This document shows positions 40,402-50,750 of a stretch of 64,000 nucleotides of DNA, piece by piece; the first letter of the stretch is position 1, and the number at the start of each line of letters is the position of its first letter. The stretch is taken from positions 160,001-224,000 of the forward strand of contig JBHLNF010000001.1 of assembly GCA_048937405.1 (NCBI GenBank), in the 5' to 3' direction. The notes under the pieces are model-generated. The model worked only from the letters and a program-made list of their open reading frames with translations, searched no databases and had not been told where the DNA came from. The DNA comes from Promethearchaeota archaeon (GTDB lineage: Archaea; Asgardarchaeota; Lokiarchaeia; Sigyniarchaeales; SOKP01). The position numbers and the translations under genes are program-made.

Positions 40402-41949
40402 TTAAGGACAAAATTTTAATTTTAGTTCTTGAGCTATATTAGCCATTTTATTTAGTTCTTCATAATCTTTTTCAATTATTGATTTCATGATATCAACCTT
40501 TAACTTTTTAATTTTTTCAAGAGTAATAGAAAATTCTTTATTAATATCCTCATATAATTTGTCTATGTTGCTATAAAGAAGTTGAGCTTGATTTTTATCA
40601 ATAATCTCAGAATTAATTATCTTTCTTTGATAAAAAGTATTTAATTCTTCTAACCAATTCCTTCCAATTTCTCCTATTGGTAGTAGATCATCGATTTTTC
40701 CTGTATTTAGCCCCATTTCAAATTTATCCTTATATTCATCGAATAAATTCCTGAAATAATTGTTAATTTTATTTTCAATGGCTTCTAAGTTAATATTAGG
40801 ATTCATAAAAAGAGTTACAGTATAATTATTATAACTAAAAATATGCATTTTTAAATTACTTCCTCTCAAACCAAAACCGGTTAAATCCTGAATATTTAGT
40901 TCCAAAGAAAATTTCTCCAACGCACTTATAAACATTGGAATCAATTCAAGATCAATTGGAATTATACTATCATCATTTGGAACACTTTGAGAAATATAAT
41001 CTTTAATAGCATTATCATATAATTCAAAATTTAATAACGATAATCCATCTTTATCTGATATTATTGCTCCTATGATCCCTGAATTTTTTTCTTCAGTCGG
41101 AATTTCTAATAAAGGAAAATTTCTCTCATCTTTATCATTTGAGACGGAGAAAAAATTCTCCAAAACTTTTTTGTATATTACCTTACCTTTATTCGTTAAA
41201 CTTAGAAGTGATTCATTTTTTACCTCTTTTACTTCAATATGACCTTTATTAATTAAATTTTCAACTAAATAATTTACCAATTTCTCAGGACGATTCAATT
41301 TTTCATAAAGAATATCTTTAGCAATAATTACATTTTTATCAATTTGATGTATGATTTTCAATGATTCATCAACCATATTCAATAATAATCCTTCATTAGG
41401 TAAGACATCTTGAAGGCAAGTTTTCATAATTTCAATGAAATATGAAAAAGTCTGATGAAAGTATTCCTTTTTCAAACTGGTAAATCGAAAATTTATTAGA
41501 GTATCATTTGAGAAACTATTCTTAATTATCGATCTAATTTCTCTGATTTTCTTTTCACTTACCAAATCTATTTTATGTAATAATACAAAAATAAAGGTGG
41601 ATGGAGTAAGATCATTTCTTAAATCAATAACTTTTCTTACAAAATTAATGATCTCATCATTATTAGATTTAATGTCAATTACTACCAATATTAGTTTAGT
41701 GTCATAAAAAATTCTTTTTTCATCTGTTTCAAGCCATCGTTTATTTTCTTGACCAGCTAGATCAAATATACCAATATCTTCATTTAAACCTGGTAATCGC
41801 AATATTAATGATTCTTCTCCATATGTTGGGTCTAAAGCATATTCTAGTAACTTAGATGAACTTTCTCCTTCAAAAAAGACTTTACGAAGGGTTGTTTTCC
41901 CAGCATTTGGTGGTCCTACAAATATAATTTTTTTTCCTATTTTGATCAC
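40402..41949 (-). CDS. Rag/Gtr1-like small GTPase fused to a winged helix and a longin/roadblock-like domain
   Basis: G1 GPPNAGKT, G2 PTYG, G3 DLAGQ, G4 HKID; wHTH-like LVENLINKGHIE..LSLTNKGK; GAIISDKDGLSL..LIPMFISALEKFSLE. Confidence 0.75.
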   Translation of the reverse strand: MIKIGKKIIFVGPPNAGKTTLRKVFFEGESSSKLLEYALDPTYGEESLILRLPGLNEDIGIFDLAGQENKRWLETDEKRIFYDTKLILVVIDIKSNNDEIINFVRKVIDLRNDLTPSTFIFVLLHKIDLVSEKKIREIRSIIKNSFSNDTLINFRFTSLKKEYFHQTFSYFIEIMKTCLQDVLPNEGLLLNMVDESLKIIHQIDKNVIIAKDILYEKLNRPEKLVNYLVENLINKGHIEVKEVKNESLLSLTNKGKVIYKKVLENFFSVSNDKDERNFPLLEIPTEEKNSGIIGAIISDKDGLSLLNFELYDNAIKDYISQSVPNDDSIIPIDLELIPMFISALEKFSLELNIQDLTGFGLRGSNLKMHIFSYNNYTVTLFMNPNINLEAIENKINNYFRNLFDEYKDKFEMGLNTGKIDDLLPIGEIGRNWLEELNTFYQRKIINSEIIDKNQAQLLYSNIDKLYEDINKEFSITLEKIKKLKVDIMKSIIEKDYEELNKMANIAQELKLKFCP

Positions 41950-43260
41950 TTAAATTTTTTTATTGAAGTAATATATATTTTTTAATTTTTGTTTGATTTG
42001 ACCAATTGTCCAAATTAATTTATTTGCACTAAGAGTTTCTGAAAAACAAACTAAATTTTTAAGATTAAATTTTTGATAATTCAAACTGTTCATAATAATA
42101 TTCAAATTAGAACTTGAGAGAATTAAATGTTCAATTCTATCATTTTTAGATACATTTTCGAAAGTTTTATTTAATTGGGTTATAAGTTTATGCGAATGAT
42201 TGATAATTATCGTGTTAAAATCTTTCGTAATAGATTGTGCTACTATACTATCATTTAAATTAGTAATAAAAAACATAGTTTTTGAAAAATTTGATATCAT
42301 ACTATCCAACAGGTTCTTTAAGTGAAAAGTATATTTTGAAAAATTGCTTAATAATTCATAAAATGCATTATAAAGGCTATAAATTAAATTTGGATAAATA
42401 CTTGTATAATAAATAGACACATCAAATTTCATTTTTAAAATGTTTGTAAGGTCTTTAAGATACTCTTTTCTAGATCCTTTCTCTATTAAATCAATTTTAT
42501 GGATGAAAAGAATTAGTTGAGCAGTATAGGAGTTATCTTGTAAAATTTCAATGACTTGTTTGATATCCTCCATGATTAATTGTTCATTTGTAATCCATGT
42601 TGGATAATCAAAGAGATATACTATAAAGTCAGTATTCTCAAATGCTAGAATTTGGTCATTATTTTTATTATTTTCCAGAAGTTGACTGAGTTCTTGTCCA
42701 GAAGAATCAAATAAACCTACCTTCAAATCTAACCATGAATAAACTGATGGCGATATTCCTCGAGTCGGTTCTAAAGGATTTGTTATTAAATTTATTGGAT
42801 CATATCCTTCAAAGACAATTTTCTTAATAGTTGTTTTTCCTGTACCTGGTCTACCAATTATCAATATCTTTTTAGCTGAAGACTTAATAAAAAAAGTATC
42901 AATTTTCTCTTGGAAATATTTTTTTTTATCATCTTCAGATTTTCCTAAGAATTTTCTGGCAAATTTAATAAATTCAGATTTTTGATTATATAAATTAATC
43001 TTTTCTTTTTCTTCCAGTATAATAAGAATTATTTCATATCCAATCTCAGAAACTTTTGATTTATCACAATAACTAAGTATAATATTATCTTTATATGTAA
43101 TTTCAATTAACTCACCCTTCTTAAAATCATCTTCATAGGAATGAGTCATATATATTTTATTGATTAATTCATCCGTTAGTTTTAATTCTAAAGGATATTT
43201 CAGCTCAAGCGTAGCACCCATTTTAGTATCCCAACTAAAAAACGCTAAACCTTTAACCAT
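41950..43260 (-). CDS. Rag/Gtr1-like small GTPase with N-terminal longin/uDENN-like and C-terminal roadblock-like domains
   Basis: N-terminal FFSWDTKMGATLELKYP; GRPGTGKT, LEPTRG, DSSGQ, FIHKID, YYTSIY; C-terminal MFFITNLNDSIVA. Confidence 0.75.
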   Translation of the reverse strand: MVKGLAFFSWDTKMGATLELKYPLELKLTDELINKIYMTHSYEDDFKKGELIEITYKDNIILSYCDKSKVSEIGYEIILIILEEKEKINLYNQKSEFIKFARKFLGKSEDDKKKYFQEKIDTFFIKSSAKKILIIGRPGTGKTTIKKIVFEGYDPINLITNPLEPTRGISPSVYSWLDLKVGLFDSSGQELSQLLENNKNNDQILAFENTDFIVYLFDYPTWITNEQLIMEDIKQVIEILQDNSYTAQLILFIHKIDLIEKGSRKEYLKDLTNILKMKFDVSIYYTSIYPNLIYSLYNAFYELLSNFSKYTFHLKNLLDSMISNFSKTMFFITNLNDSIVAQSITKDFNTIIINHSHKLITQLNKTFENVSKNDRIEHLILSSSNLNIIMNSLNYQKFNLKNLVCFSETLSANKLIWTIGQIKQKLKNIYYFNKKI

Positions 43261-43266
43261 TAAATC

Positions 43267-45411
43267 TCAACTCTCTATTTTTTCTTTTAATTTTTTAGTT
43301 ATAGTAAAAGTAAATGTTGATCCTGTACCTAATACGCTATTAAATGTTATACTTCCTCCATGTAATTCTACAAGCCTTTTGGTTAATGATAATCCAAGTC
43401 CGGTCCCAGGAACAGAGCGTACATATGTAGAATCTACTCTTTTAAATTCCTTGAAGATCAGAGAAAAATCTTTTTGATCTATTCCAATACCTGTATCATT
43501 TACTTTAAAAACCCATTGACCATATTTTTCTTGTATTTTTACTGTAATTTGACCTTCAAGAGTAAATTTAATAGCATTACTTAAGAGATTCAATAAAATT
43601 TCTTTGAATCGAATTGGATCTGCATAAATATATTTTTTTTCATCTAATCCTTTAATCTTTAATTTAAGGTTCTTTCTATTATACATAGGCTTTAAGCTTG
43701 ATTTAATTTGTTCAAATATGTTATTTAATGAAACCTTTTGAATATTCAAGTTTATTTGTCCAGATTCTATTTTTGATATATCTAAAATATGTTTAATCAT
43801 ATCAAATTGATGTTCTGCAGAATTTTTTATATCGGTAACAAATTCCTTTTGTTCATCATTTATTTGACCATAAACACCCTCTAATAATAAATCAGAAAAT
43901 CCAATAATAGCATTTAAAGGAGTCCTTAATTCATGTGACATTGTAGCCATGAATTCTGTTTTAAACTGAGAAGACTTTACTATTTGATCCATGTATAATT
44001 TCTGCTGTTCAAGGGTTTTATTTAACTCTTTAGTTCTATCCTGAACTTTTTGTTCTAATTCATCTTTAAATTTCTCTTCTAAAAGTTCTGAGGTCTTTTT
44101 TTCAGTAATATCTTTAAAAATCAGTTGAAATAGAGTTCCAGGCTTCTGTTTTATAATAGAAGCTTGAATTTCAACCCAAATACTTTCTCCATCCTGTTTT
44201 TTTAACTCAACCTCAACAGGTTTTGGAAAATTATTTTCAAAATTGGCATGAAAAATTTTCTTAAAATAAAGCTTAACTTCAAAAGGAAAGAAGTTGATAA
44301 GCTCATCTATTGATTTTTGAATAAAATAATCCCTTTCATAACCAAATATTTTGTCTGTAGTAAAATTAGCATCAACAACAATTCCATTAAAGTTTATTAT
44401 TAATATGGCATTTGGTGAGTTATCAAATAAATCTTTGTATCTTTTTTCAACAAAAATTTGATCAGTTATATCCCTCGAAATAACAAGAATTCTCACTTGC
44501 CCATCTTTATTTATAAAATTTTTAAAATTACATTCATGCCATAGCCAATGGCCCTCTTTATGTTTAATTCGCAATTTTATAGTACTTTTTTCACTTTTTA
44601 ATGGATCTTTTAATAATTTTGATATCTTTCCTTTATCTTTTGGATGAAGAAAATCCAGATATGATTTTTCCAATATCTCTTTCTTTTTGTATCCTAGCAG
44701 TTTAAATGCTATTTTTTCATTAAAATATTTAACTATTAATTTCAAACTAAGAATTATGATTAAATCATTTATATTTTCTTCAATGCGAATATGTTTCTCT
44801 TCTGATTCTTTCAACATTTTTTTTATTATATAATGTTCTATACCATTTCCAATAATTTGTGAAGATAATCGTAAAATTGATAACTGTGTCTCATTCGACT
44901 CTTTATGTATTGAATCATTTAAATATCCAATAAATCCTGCTAAGTCTTTTCTAATATATAGTGGAAACACCAATAGAGATCTGATATTATTAAGATTTAA
45001 TAACCTTTTTGTAGCTTTTGCTTCATCAGTTAAACTAGAAATATCATAAATATTGATAATTTTTCCTTTTCTAAGTTGATTATTCCACCATGGAAATTTT
45101 AAAAGCCATGAATTGTTAAAGTATTCAAATAACGGTTTAATTCCTTTTGCACACCATTCATACGTATTTTTTAAATTAATCTCATTAAAATTAATAATAT
45201 ATAAAACAACCCGACTCGCTTTGTTTAAAAACCCAATATCACGTAATGTAGCATTAATAATATCATTAATCTCGATATCTCCAAAGAATCGAGATGAAAT
45301 TGTTGAAATCAAAGTTTCTAAATCTGACCAAAATTGAACCAGACATTTTACATTTTGTTTTACATCATTTTTTTCTCCAAAAATATTTTCTTTGTTGTGA
45401 ATTCCACTCAT
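43267..45411 (-). CDS. Cytoplasmic sensor histidine kinase (GAF-PAS-PAS-HisKA-HATPase)
   Basis: NTYEWCAKGI GAF, FLHPKD PAS, MSHELRTPLNAIIGF, NLLSNAIKF, DTGIGI, GTGLGL. Confidence 0.93.
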   Translation of the reverse strand: MSGIHNKENIFGEKNDVKQNVKCLVQFWSDLETLISTISSRFFGDIEINDIINATLRDIGFLNKASRVVLYIINFNEINLKNTYEWCAKGIKPLFEYFNNSWLLKFPWWNNQLRKGKIINIYDISSLTDEAKATKRLLNLNNIRSLLVFPLYIRKDLAGFIGYLNDSIHKESNETQLSILRLSSQIIGNGIEHYIIKKMLKESEEKHIRIEENINDLIIILSLKLIVKYFNEKIAFKLLGYKKKEILEKSYLDFLHPKDKGKISKLLKDPLKSEKSTIKLRIKHKEGHWLWHECNFKNFINKDGQVRILVISRDITDQIFVEKRYKDLFDNSPNAILIINFNGIVVDANFTTDKIFGYERDYFIQKSIDELINFFPFEVKLYFKKIFHANFENNFPKPVEVELKKQDGESIWVEIQASIIKQKPGTLFQLIFKDITEKKTSELLEEKFKDELEQKVQDRTKELNKTLEQQKLYMDQIVKSSQFKTEFMATMSHELRTPLNAIIGFSDLLLEGVYGQINDEQKEFVTDIKNSAEHQFDMIKHILDISKIESGQINLNIQKVSLNNIFEQIKSSLKPMYNRKNLKLKIKGLDEKKYIYADPIRFKEILLNLLSNAIKFTLEGQITVKIQEKYGQWVFKVNDTGIGIDQKDFSLIFKEFKRVDSTYVRSVPGTGLGLSLTKRLVELHGGSITFNSVLGTGSTFTFTITKKLKEKIES

Positions 45412-45476
45412 AATTTAACTTTAATTTAATCTATCTTATACATTTTTGATACAAATAATATCTATTCAATAAAAGA

Positions 45477-46166
45477 TCATTCACAATGATCTTTGGGAAA
45501 TTGTTCTTCAAGAGCTTTCATAATATCGTTGCAAGAATCCAAGATCATGTTAATGTAATTCATAATCTCAGGTCTAGATATTTTTCTATTTATATTTTGA
45601 TCTATTATTAACTCACCAAATCCTCGAATTGTGTTAATTCCACTCCGAATCTGCATATTTATGGATTCTAAAGGTAGGATTTCATCTTTTTGCATATAAA
45701 TCTTATTTATTTCTTTAATAAAATTCTCAAATTCATTTTTATCATCAGACAAAATTTTATTACGTTTAATTTTATGAAAAATCATTCCAATTTTTTTGAA
45801 ATGAAGTATTGGTATTATAGAATAGCCAACATCCCGAAGTAGTATTATAGCATATAATTGTTTTCCTCCCCTTGCTGATAAATCCTCTATTTCGATCTTA
45901 TAGATTTGGGCATAAAAATTATTAAAATCTAATATAACAAATTGATTTTTAGTATTTAGCGCGTCTCTTAAAAGATTTTTTACAAATTCTTCATTTTTCA
46001 GAGGAATTTGAGAATATAGGGCTCTTGGACCTAATGTATGATCATATTTTCCAATAATCATAATAAAAGGATATTTTTCTAAATTATGCTTAAGAGTTGA
46101 ATAAATATCAAGATTTTCCTCTTCACGTTTATTTTTAAATTGGATATCTTTTATAATTTCTTTCAT
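45477..46166 (-). CDS. Folliculin/SMCR8-like longin domain fused to a degenerate, His-less HisKA-like domain
   Basis: YDHTLGPRALY and IEDLSARGGKQLYAIILL; C-terminal INMQIRSGINTIRGFGELI aligns with SHELRTPLNAIIGFSDLL of the neighbouring kinase. Confidence 0.62.
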   Translation of the reverse strand: MKEIIKDIQFKNKREEENLDIYSTLKHNLEKYPFIMIIGKYDHTLGPRALYSQIPLKNEEFVKNLLRDALNTKNQFVILDFNNFYAQIYKIEIEDLSARGGKQLYAIILLRDVGYSIIPILHFKKIGMIFHKIKRNKILSDDKNEFENFIKEINKIYMQKDEILPLESINMQIRSGINTIRGFGELIIDQNINRKISRPEIMNYINMILDSCNDIMKALEEQFPKDHCE

Positions 46167-46375
46167 TTTTTTTCCATGTAAATTAAATGATATATACTAA
46201 ATCTTAAGAATAAAAAAATCCTTATTGAAAGAAGTTTTTTATCCTTAGAATGATTTCTAAATTAATTGGAAAAGAATTGATATTTAATCTTTACTATTTA
46301 ATAAAGTGTATGAGTTATTAGGAAAAAAAAGAAATTTTTGTACAAATTTATATAATAGAAGCATATTAATAATTT

Positions 46376-47860
46376 ATGTCGGAATCCGCAAATACTATTA
46401 TAAAATATTTCTGCGATCGCTTTTTAGATATTGAATACTATCCTTCTAATTTGAAGGCAATTTTGGATTTTGATTTGCATAAAATAAAAAATATTAAAAA
46501 AGAAGATTTGCTGAAATTCCAGAAATTTAATATAAAAACCTTTCGAGATCTATGTAATTTAGATCAATCTGATTATGATCGGTTGATAAATCATTCATTT
46601 ATAGAAAAAAATCTACTAAATAATATTATTATTGCAGCAACTTTAATTGCTAATTCATGGAATAAAAGAAGTATTTACTTGAATAAACCAAAAATGAAAG
46701 TTGTTGTGGCTGGTCTTGATTTTGCAGGTAAAACATCTTTAATTAATAGATTGATTCACGATTATAACTACAATGATATGAATAATATTGAGCCAACAAT
46801 AGGGACAAATATAGAAGAATATCACTCAAAATGGCTGAATTTAATATTATGGGACTTAGGTGGCCAAAAGGATAATATAAATGAATATTTAGAATCTCCA
46901 GAAAAATTTTTTGTACAATTAGATGTTTTAATTTTTGTCATTGATGCCCAAGATGATAATAGATATAATGAAGCGGTTCGTTATTTGAATGATTTAATTG
47001 AAATATTTACATTTTTAAATGAAAATCCATATATCCTTGTATTGATAAATAAAGTAGATTCTGATATAGCAGAGGATCCAGATTTTCAAATTAAACTTGA
47101 ATATTTAATGGATAAAATAACTAATATCTTTATTAATAGTCAAAAATCATGGAATTTTGAGCTCATACCTACAAGTATCTATAATTTTTATTCTTCAGAA
47201 CCCGAGATTGCTAAAAGCATTAAAAAAATCTTTACAAAAGAAAAATCAGAAACACATTTGGATACTATAACGGAAATTAATGAGAAATTAGAAAGAATTT
47301 TAAATATAAACCTAGAATTAATGGATAAAATAGTATCTGATTTTTCCAAAATAAAACAAACCTTATTTAGATTTACACACTCTAATGTTTCTCAATCACT
47401 ATTTAACATTCCAATTCAGGATGTTCCCTGCAAGAATAGTTTTGATAAACAAAAAACAAATCAGAAAGATAGGACAAAGAAAAAAGAATCGAAAAAAAAA
47501 GAATTAAAAAAGAGAGAAAGAATAAAAAAAGTTATAGGTCCCCCGAAACGTTTAGAATCTATTATATCACCAAATGAAATTACACAAAATATAAAAAATA
47601 ATCATAAAATTACTGAAGAAAAATTGAAAGAAATAAAAAACGATTTAACCCCAACTCCTAAATCGTCTGATTTACGATCAACCCCACCAATAGCTCCTAA
47701 AAAAGGTTATTTAAGTAAAGCTGATCTTAAACCTCCACCCCCGCCACCAAAAATTGCAATTAAAAATGATACTTCATTACAAGGGAATAGAAAACAAATT
47801 ATTTCAGAATTAAAGGAATTATTTATAAGAAGAGGGTTAGTCCCTCATAAAAATATTTAA
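46376..47860 (+). CDS. Arf-like small GTPase with N-terminal helical domain and a long Lys/Pro-rich C-terminal tail
   Basis: VVAGLDFAGKTS, EPTIG, WDLGGQ, FVIDA, NKVD; PPPPPK near the C-terminus. Confidence 0.82.
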   Translation: MSESANTIIKYFCDRFLDIEYYPSNLKAILDFDLHKIKNIKKEDLLKFQKFNIKTFRDLCNLDQSDYDRLINHSFIEKNLLNNIIIAATLIANSWNKRSIYLNKPKMKVVVAGLDFAGKTSLINRLIHDYNYNDMNNIEPTIGTNIEEYHSKWLNLILWDLGGQKDNINEYLESPEKFFVQLDVLIFVIDAQDDNRYNEAVRYLNDLIEIFTFLNENPYILVLINKVDSDIAEDPDFQIKLEYLMDKITNIFINSQKSWNFELIPTSIYNFYSSEPEIAKSIKKIFTKEKSETHLDTITEINEKLERILNINLELMDKIVSDFSKIKQTLFRFTHSNVSQSLFNIPIQDVPCKNSFDKQKTNQKDRTKKKESKKKELKKRERIKKVIGPPKRLESIISPNEITQNIKNNHKITEEKLKEIKNDLTPTPKSSDLRSTPPIAPKKGYLSKADLKPPPPPPKIAIKNDTSLQGNRKQIISELKELFIRRGLVPHKNI

Positions 47861-48400
47861 TTATCGTTTAGAACAAATGAAAAATATTATAATTCGTATG
47901 AATTGTCTTTTTAATATTCAATTTTATCGGATTATAAAATTTATATTCCGCTCTTTTCCCTAACTTATTAGAATGTGATGTTCTCCATCATATTATTTTA
48001 TTTGTATTTATTTAAAGTGTGTTTTATATTCCAAGATAAAATTTTTTCTTAAGATCTATTTTAAACTTATATCTAAATCAGTTTGAATGAAATAAATCTT
48101 GAAATCATTAAATTAAGGACTTTAGCAAGATAAAAAGATAATTTAATTCAAACTTATCAAATCTTATAATAAAGTGAATTTTTTATCTTTTACTTCTTAT
48201 GATTTCTACTACTATTCACAAATATGGAAGCGAAATATAAAGAATTACTTTAATACCTGTAATAAATCAAGTTTCTAACTAGTAAATTCAACTTTTTTTA
48301 CTAGTAATTTGTGATTTTTTAATGGACTATGCATTTCGAAAAAATTAAAAATATGAAATTTATTGCTTTTATGGAGTAATTAATAGAACATTATTTTATT

Positions 48401-50746
48401 ATGCGGAAAAAAATTCAATCATTAGAAAAATTCAAAATAAAAAATAGACCTTTTAATCATAATATTTTAGAGGTTATAGTAGAAATAAATCTAGATGGAA
48501 AGTTTATTTGTTTTAGTCCACAGGTTTATGATCTTTTCGGTTTTCGACCAAAAAAGTTAATCAAGCTAAATGAACAAAATTTCATCCATCCAGAAGATTT
48601 ATCACTTTATAGAGAAGTAATTGATAAGGTAAAAAACTTTAAAGAAACATTTATTGTAGATTTAAGAGTGAAGCACAATAAGGGATATTATGTCCCAATT
48701 TCATTAAAGGTTAATTTAATCTTACCTAATAATACAAAAAAAATAATTGGTATAATAAGAGATATTTCAGATATCAAAATTTCCAAGTTAAAATTTAAAG
48801 AATCTAAAGAGAAATATCTAAACATTATCAATAATATGATGGAAGGATATTTTGAAATTGATCTTAAGGGAAATTTTTTATATGCTAATGTGTATTTCTG
48901 TAAAACATTAAATTATTCTAAGGAAGAATTAATAGGAAAAAATTATCATTTTATTTATGAAAAAAAGACATGCGAACGTTTATTTAATATATTCACCCAA
49001 ATATATAAGACAGGGATACCTCATCCTCCAGAAGAAGTAATTAAAGTGGTAACAAATAAGGGTAAACTATTATATGTTGAAGGATCTATTCATTTATTAT
49101 ATGATTCTGAAGGATATAAGGTTGGATTTTATGGCTTAGCTCATGATACAACAAAAGAGATAAAAAACAATCAAAAATTAAAAGAATTCGAATTGAAATA
49201 TAGCAATATTCTCGAAAATATGATGGAAGGGTATTATGAAACTGATCTTAGGGGAAATTTTATATATGTTAATGCTGAGTATTGCAAAATTTTGGGATAT
49301 TCAAAAAAAGAATTATTAGGAAAGGATTATAGAACCTTTTATAATGTAGAGGGATTGAGTAATTTACAGAGTATTTTTACCAAAATATATAAAACTGGGA
49401 TACCTCACGCTCCAACAGGATTAGTAAAATTGGTGACAAAGAAAGGTAAACTTATATATTTTGAAGGTCCTGTTGATTTAATATATAGTTCGAAAGGAAA
49501 AAAGATAGGATTTTATGGGCTTATTCGTGATATAACAAAAAGAAAAATTGCGGAACAAAAATTAAAAGAGTCCGAAGAGAAATATCGAAGCATACTCGAA
49601 AATATGATGGAAGGATATTATGAAGTGGATTTAGAAAACAATATCATTTTTTTTAATGATTCTTTTAATAAGATATTAGGACATCCAAAAGAGAAATTAT
49701 CAAATGAAAAATTTGATTGGTTTTTAAGTTCTCATAGTAAAAAGAGATTTTCCTTACTTTTTAATAATTTATTAGAGAATAAAATGTCATTTTTAATTTC
49801 CCAGTTTGAAATAATAAATCAAAAAGGAGAAATTATAAATGTCGAAACTTCAATATATCAAAAACAAGATATGAAAGGAAATATAATCGGATTCGGAGGA
49901 TTATTGCGGGACATTTCTGAAAGGATGCAAATCGAAGAAATGAGAGAAGAATTTACTGAAGAACTCCAAAATCAAGTAGTTCAAAGAACTCAGGAACTAA
50001 ATGAAGCATTAGAAAAGCAAGAATTATACATTCAAGAGATATTGAAGTCTTCTCGTTTTAAAAGCGAATTTATGTCTGTGATGTCCCATGAGCTGAGGAC
50101 ACCTATGAATGCCATCATAGGTTTTTCTGATCTTTTGATGGAGGGGGATTTTGGTCAACTTAATGAAAATCAAAAAGACTTCTTATATGATATAAAAGGG
50201 TCTGCTAACCACTTACTAAATATAATTAATCATATACTTGATATCTCGAAAATAGAGTCAGGTAATTTGAATTTGAAGATAAAAAAGATTCAACTGGATA
50301 TAGTTATAAAACAAGTCAAAGGAACACTTAAAACTTTATTTGATAATAAGAATTTAACATTTAAGGTGATTGGGTTGAAAAAGAATAAGGTTATCAATGT
50401 AGATCCTATAAGGTTTAAAGAGATTCTTTTCAACCTATTAAGCAACGCAATTAAATTCACCTTAAAAGGAATTATTACTTTGAAAATTTCTGAAGATGAG
50501 ATGCTATGGAAATTTGACGTGATTGATACAGGTATTGGTATAGCTAAGGAAAATTTAGGGTTTATTTTTATGGATTTTAGAAGAATTGATGATCCCCATG
50601 TAAATTCAACAGAAGGAACTGGACTTGGCCTTTCTGTTACAAAAAGACTAGTCGAGCTCCATGGTGGAAGTATCAGTTTTACAAGCGAATTTGGGAAAGG
50701 ATCTACATTTTCCTTTACAATTCCTAAAGATTTAAAAGAAGGGTAA
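48401..50746 (+). CDS. Cytoplasmic sensor histidine kinase (4x PAS-HisKA-HATPase)
   Basis: Repeated NMMEGY.E.DL PAS starts; MSHELRTPMNAIIGF, NLLSNAIKF, GTGLGL. Confidence 0.93.
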   Translation: MRKKIQSLEKFKIKNRPFNHNILEVIVEINLDGKFICFSPQVYDLFGFRPKKLIKLNEQNFIHPEDLSLYREVIDKVKNFKETFIVDLRVKHNKGYYVPISLKVNLILPNNTKKIIGIIRDISDIKISKLKFKESKEKYLNIINNMMEGYFEIDLKGNFLYANVYFCKTLNYSKEELIGKNYHFIYEKKTCERLFNIFTQIYKTGIPHPPEEVIKVVTNKGKLLYVEGSIHLLYDSEGYKVGFYGLAHDTTKEIKNNQKLKEFELKYSNILENMMEGYYETDLRGNFIYVNAEYCKILGYSKKELLGKDYRTFYNVEGLSNLQSIFTKIYKTGIPHAPTGLVKLVTKKGKLIYFEGPVDLIYSSKGKKIGFYGLIRDITKRKIAEQKLKESEEKYRSILENMMEGYYEVDLENNIIFFNDSFNKILGHPKEKLSNEKFDWFLSSHSKKRFSLLFNNLLENKMSFLISQFEIINQKGEIINVETSIYQKQDMKGNIIGFGGLLRDISERMQIEEMREEFTEELQNQVVQRTQELNEALEKQELYIQEILKSSRFKSEFMSVMSHELRTPMNAIIGFSDLLMEGDFGQLNENQKDFLYDIKGSANHLLNIINHILDISKIESGNLNLKIKKIQLDIVIKQVKGTLKTLFDNKNLTFKVIGLKKNKVINVDPIRFKEILFNLLSNAIKFTLKGIITLKISEDEMLWKFDVIDTGIGIAKENLGFIFMDFRRIDDPHVNSTEGTGLGLSVTKRLVELHGGSISFTSEFGKGSTFSFTIPKDLKEG

Positions 50747-50750
50747 AGAT

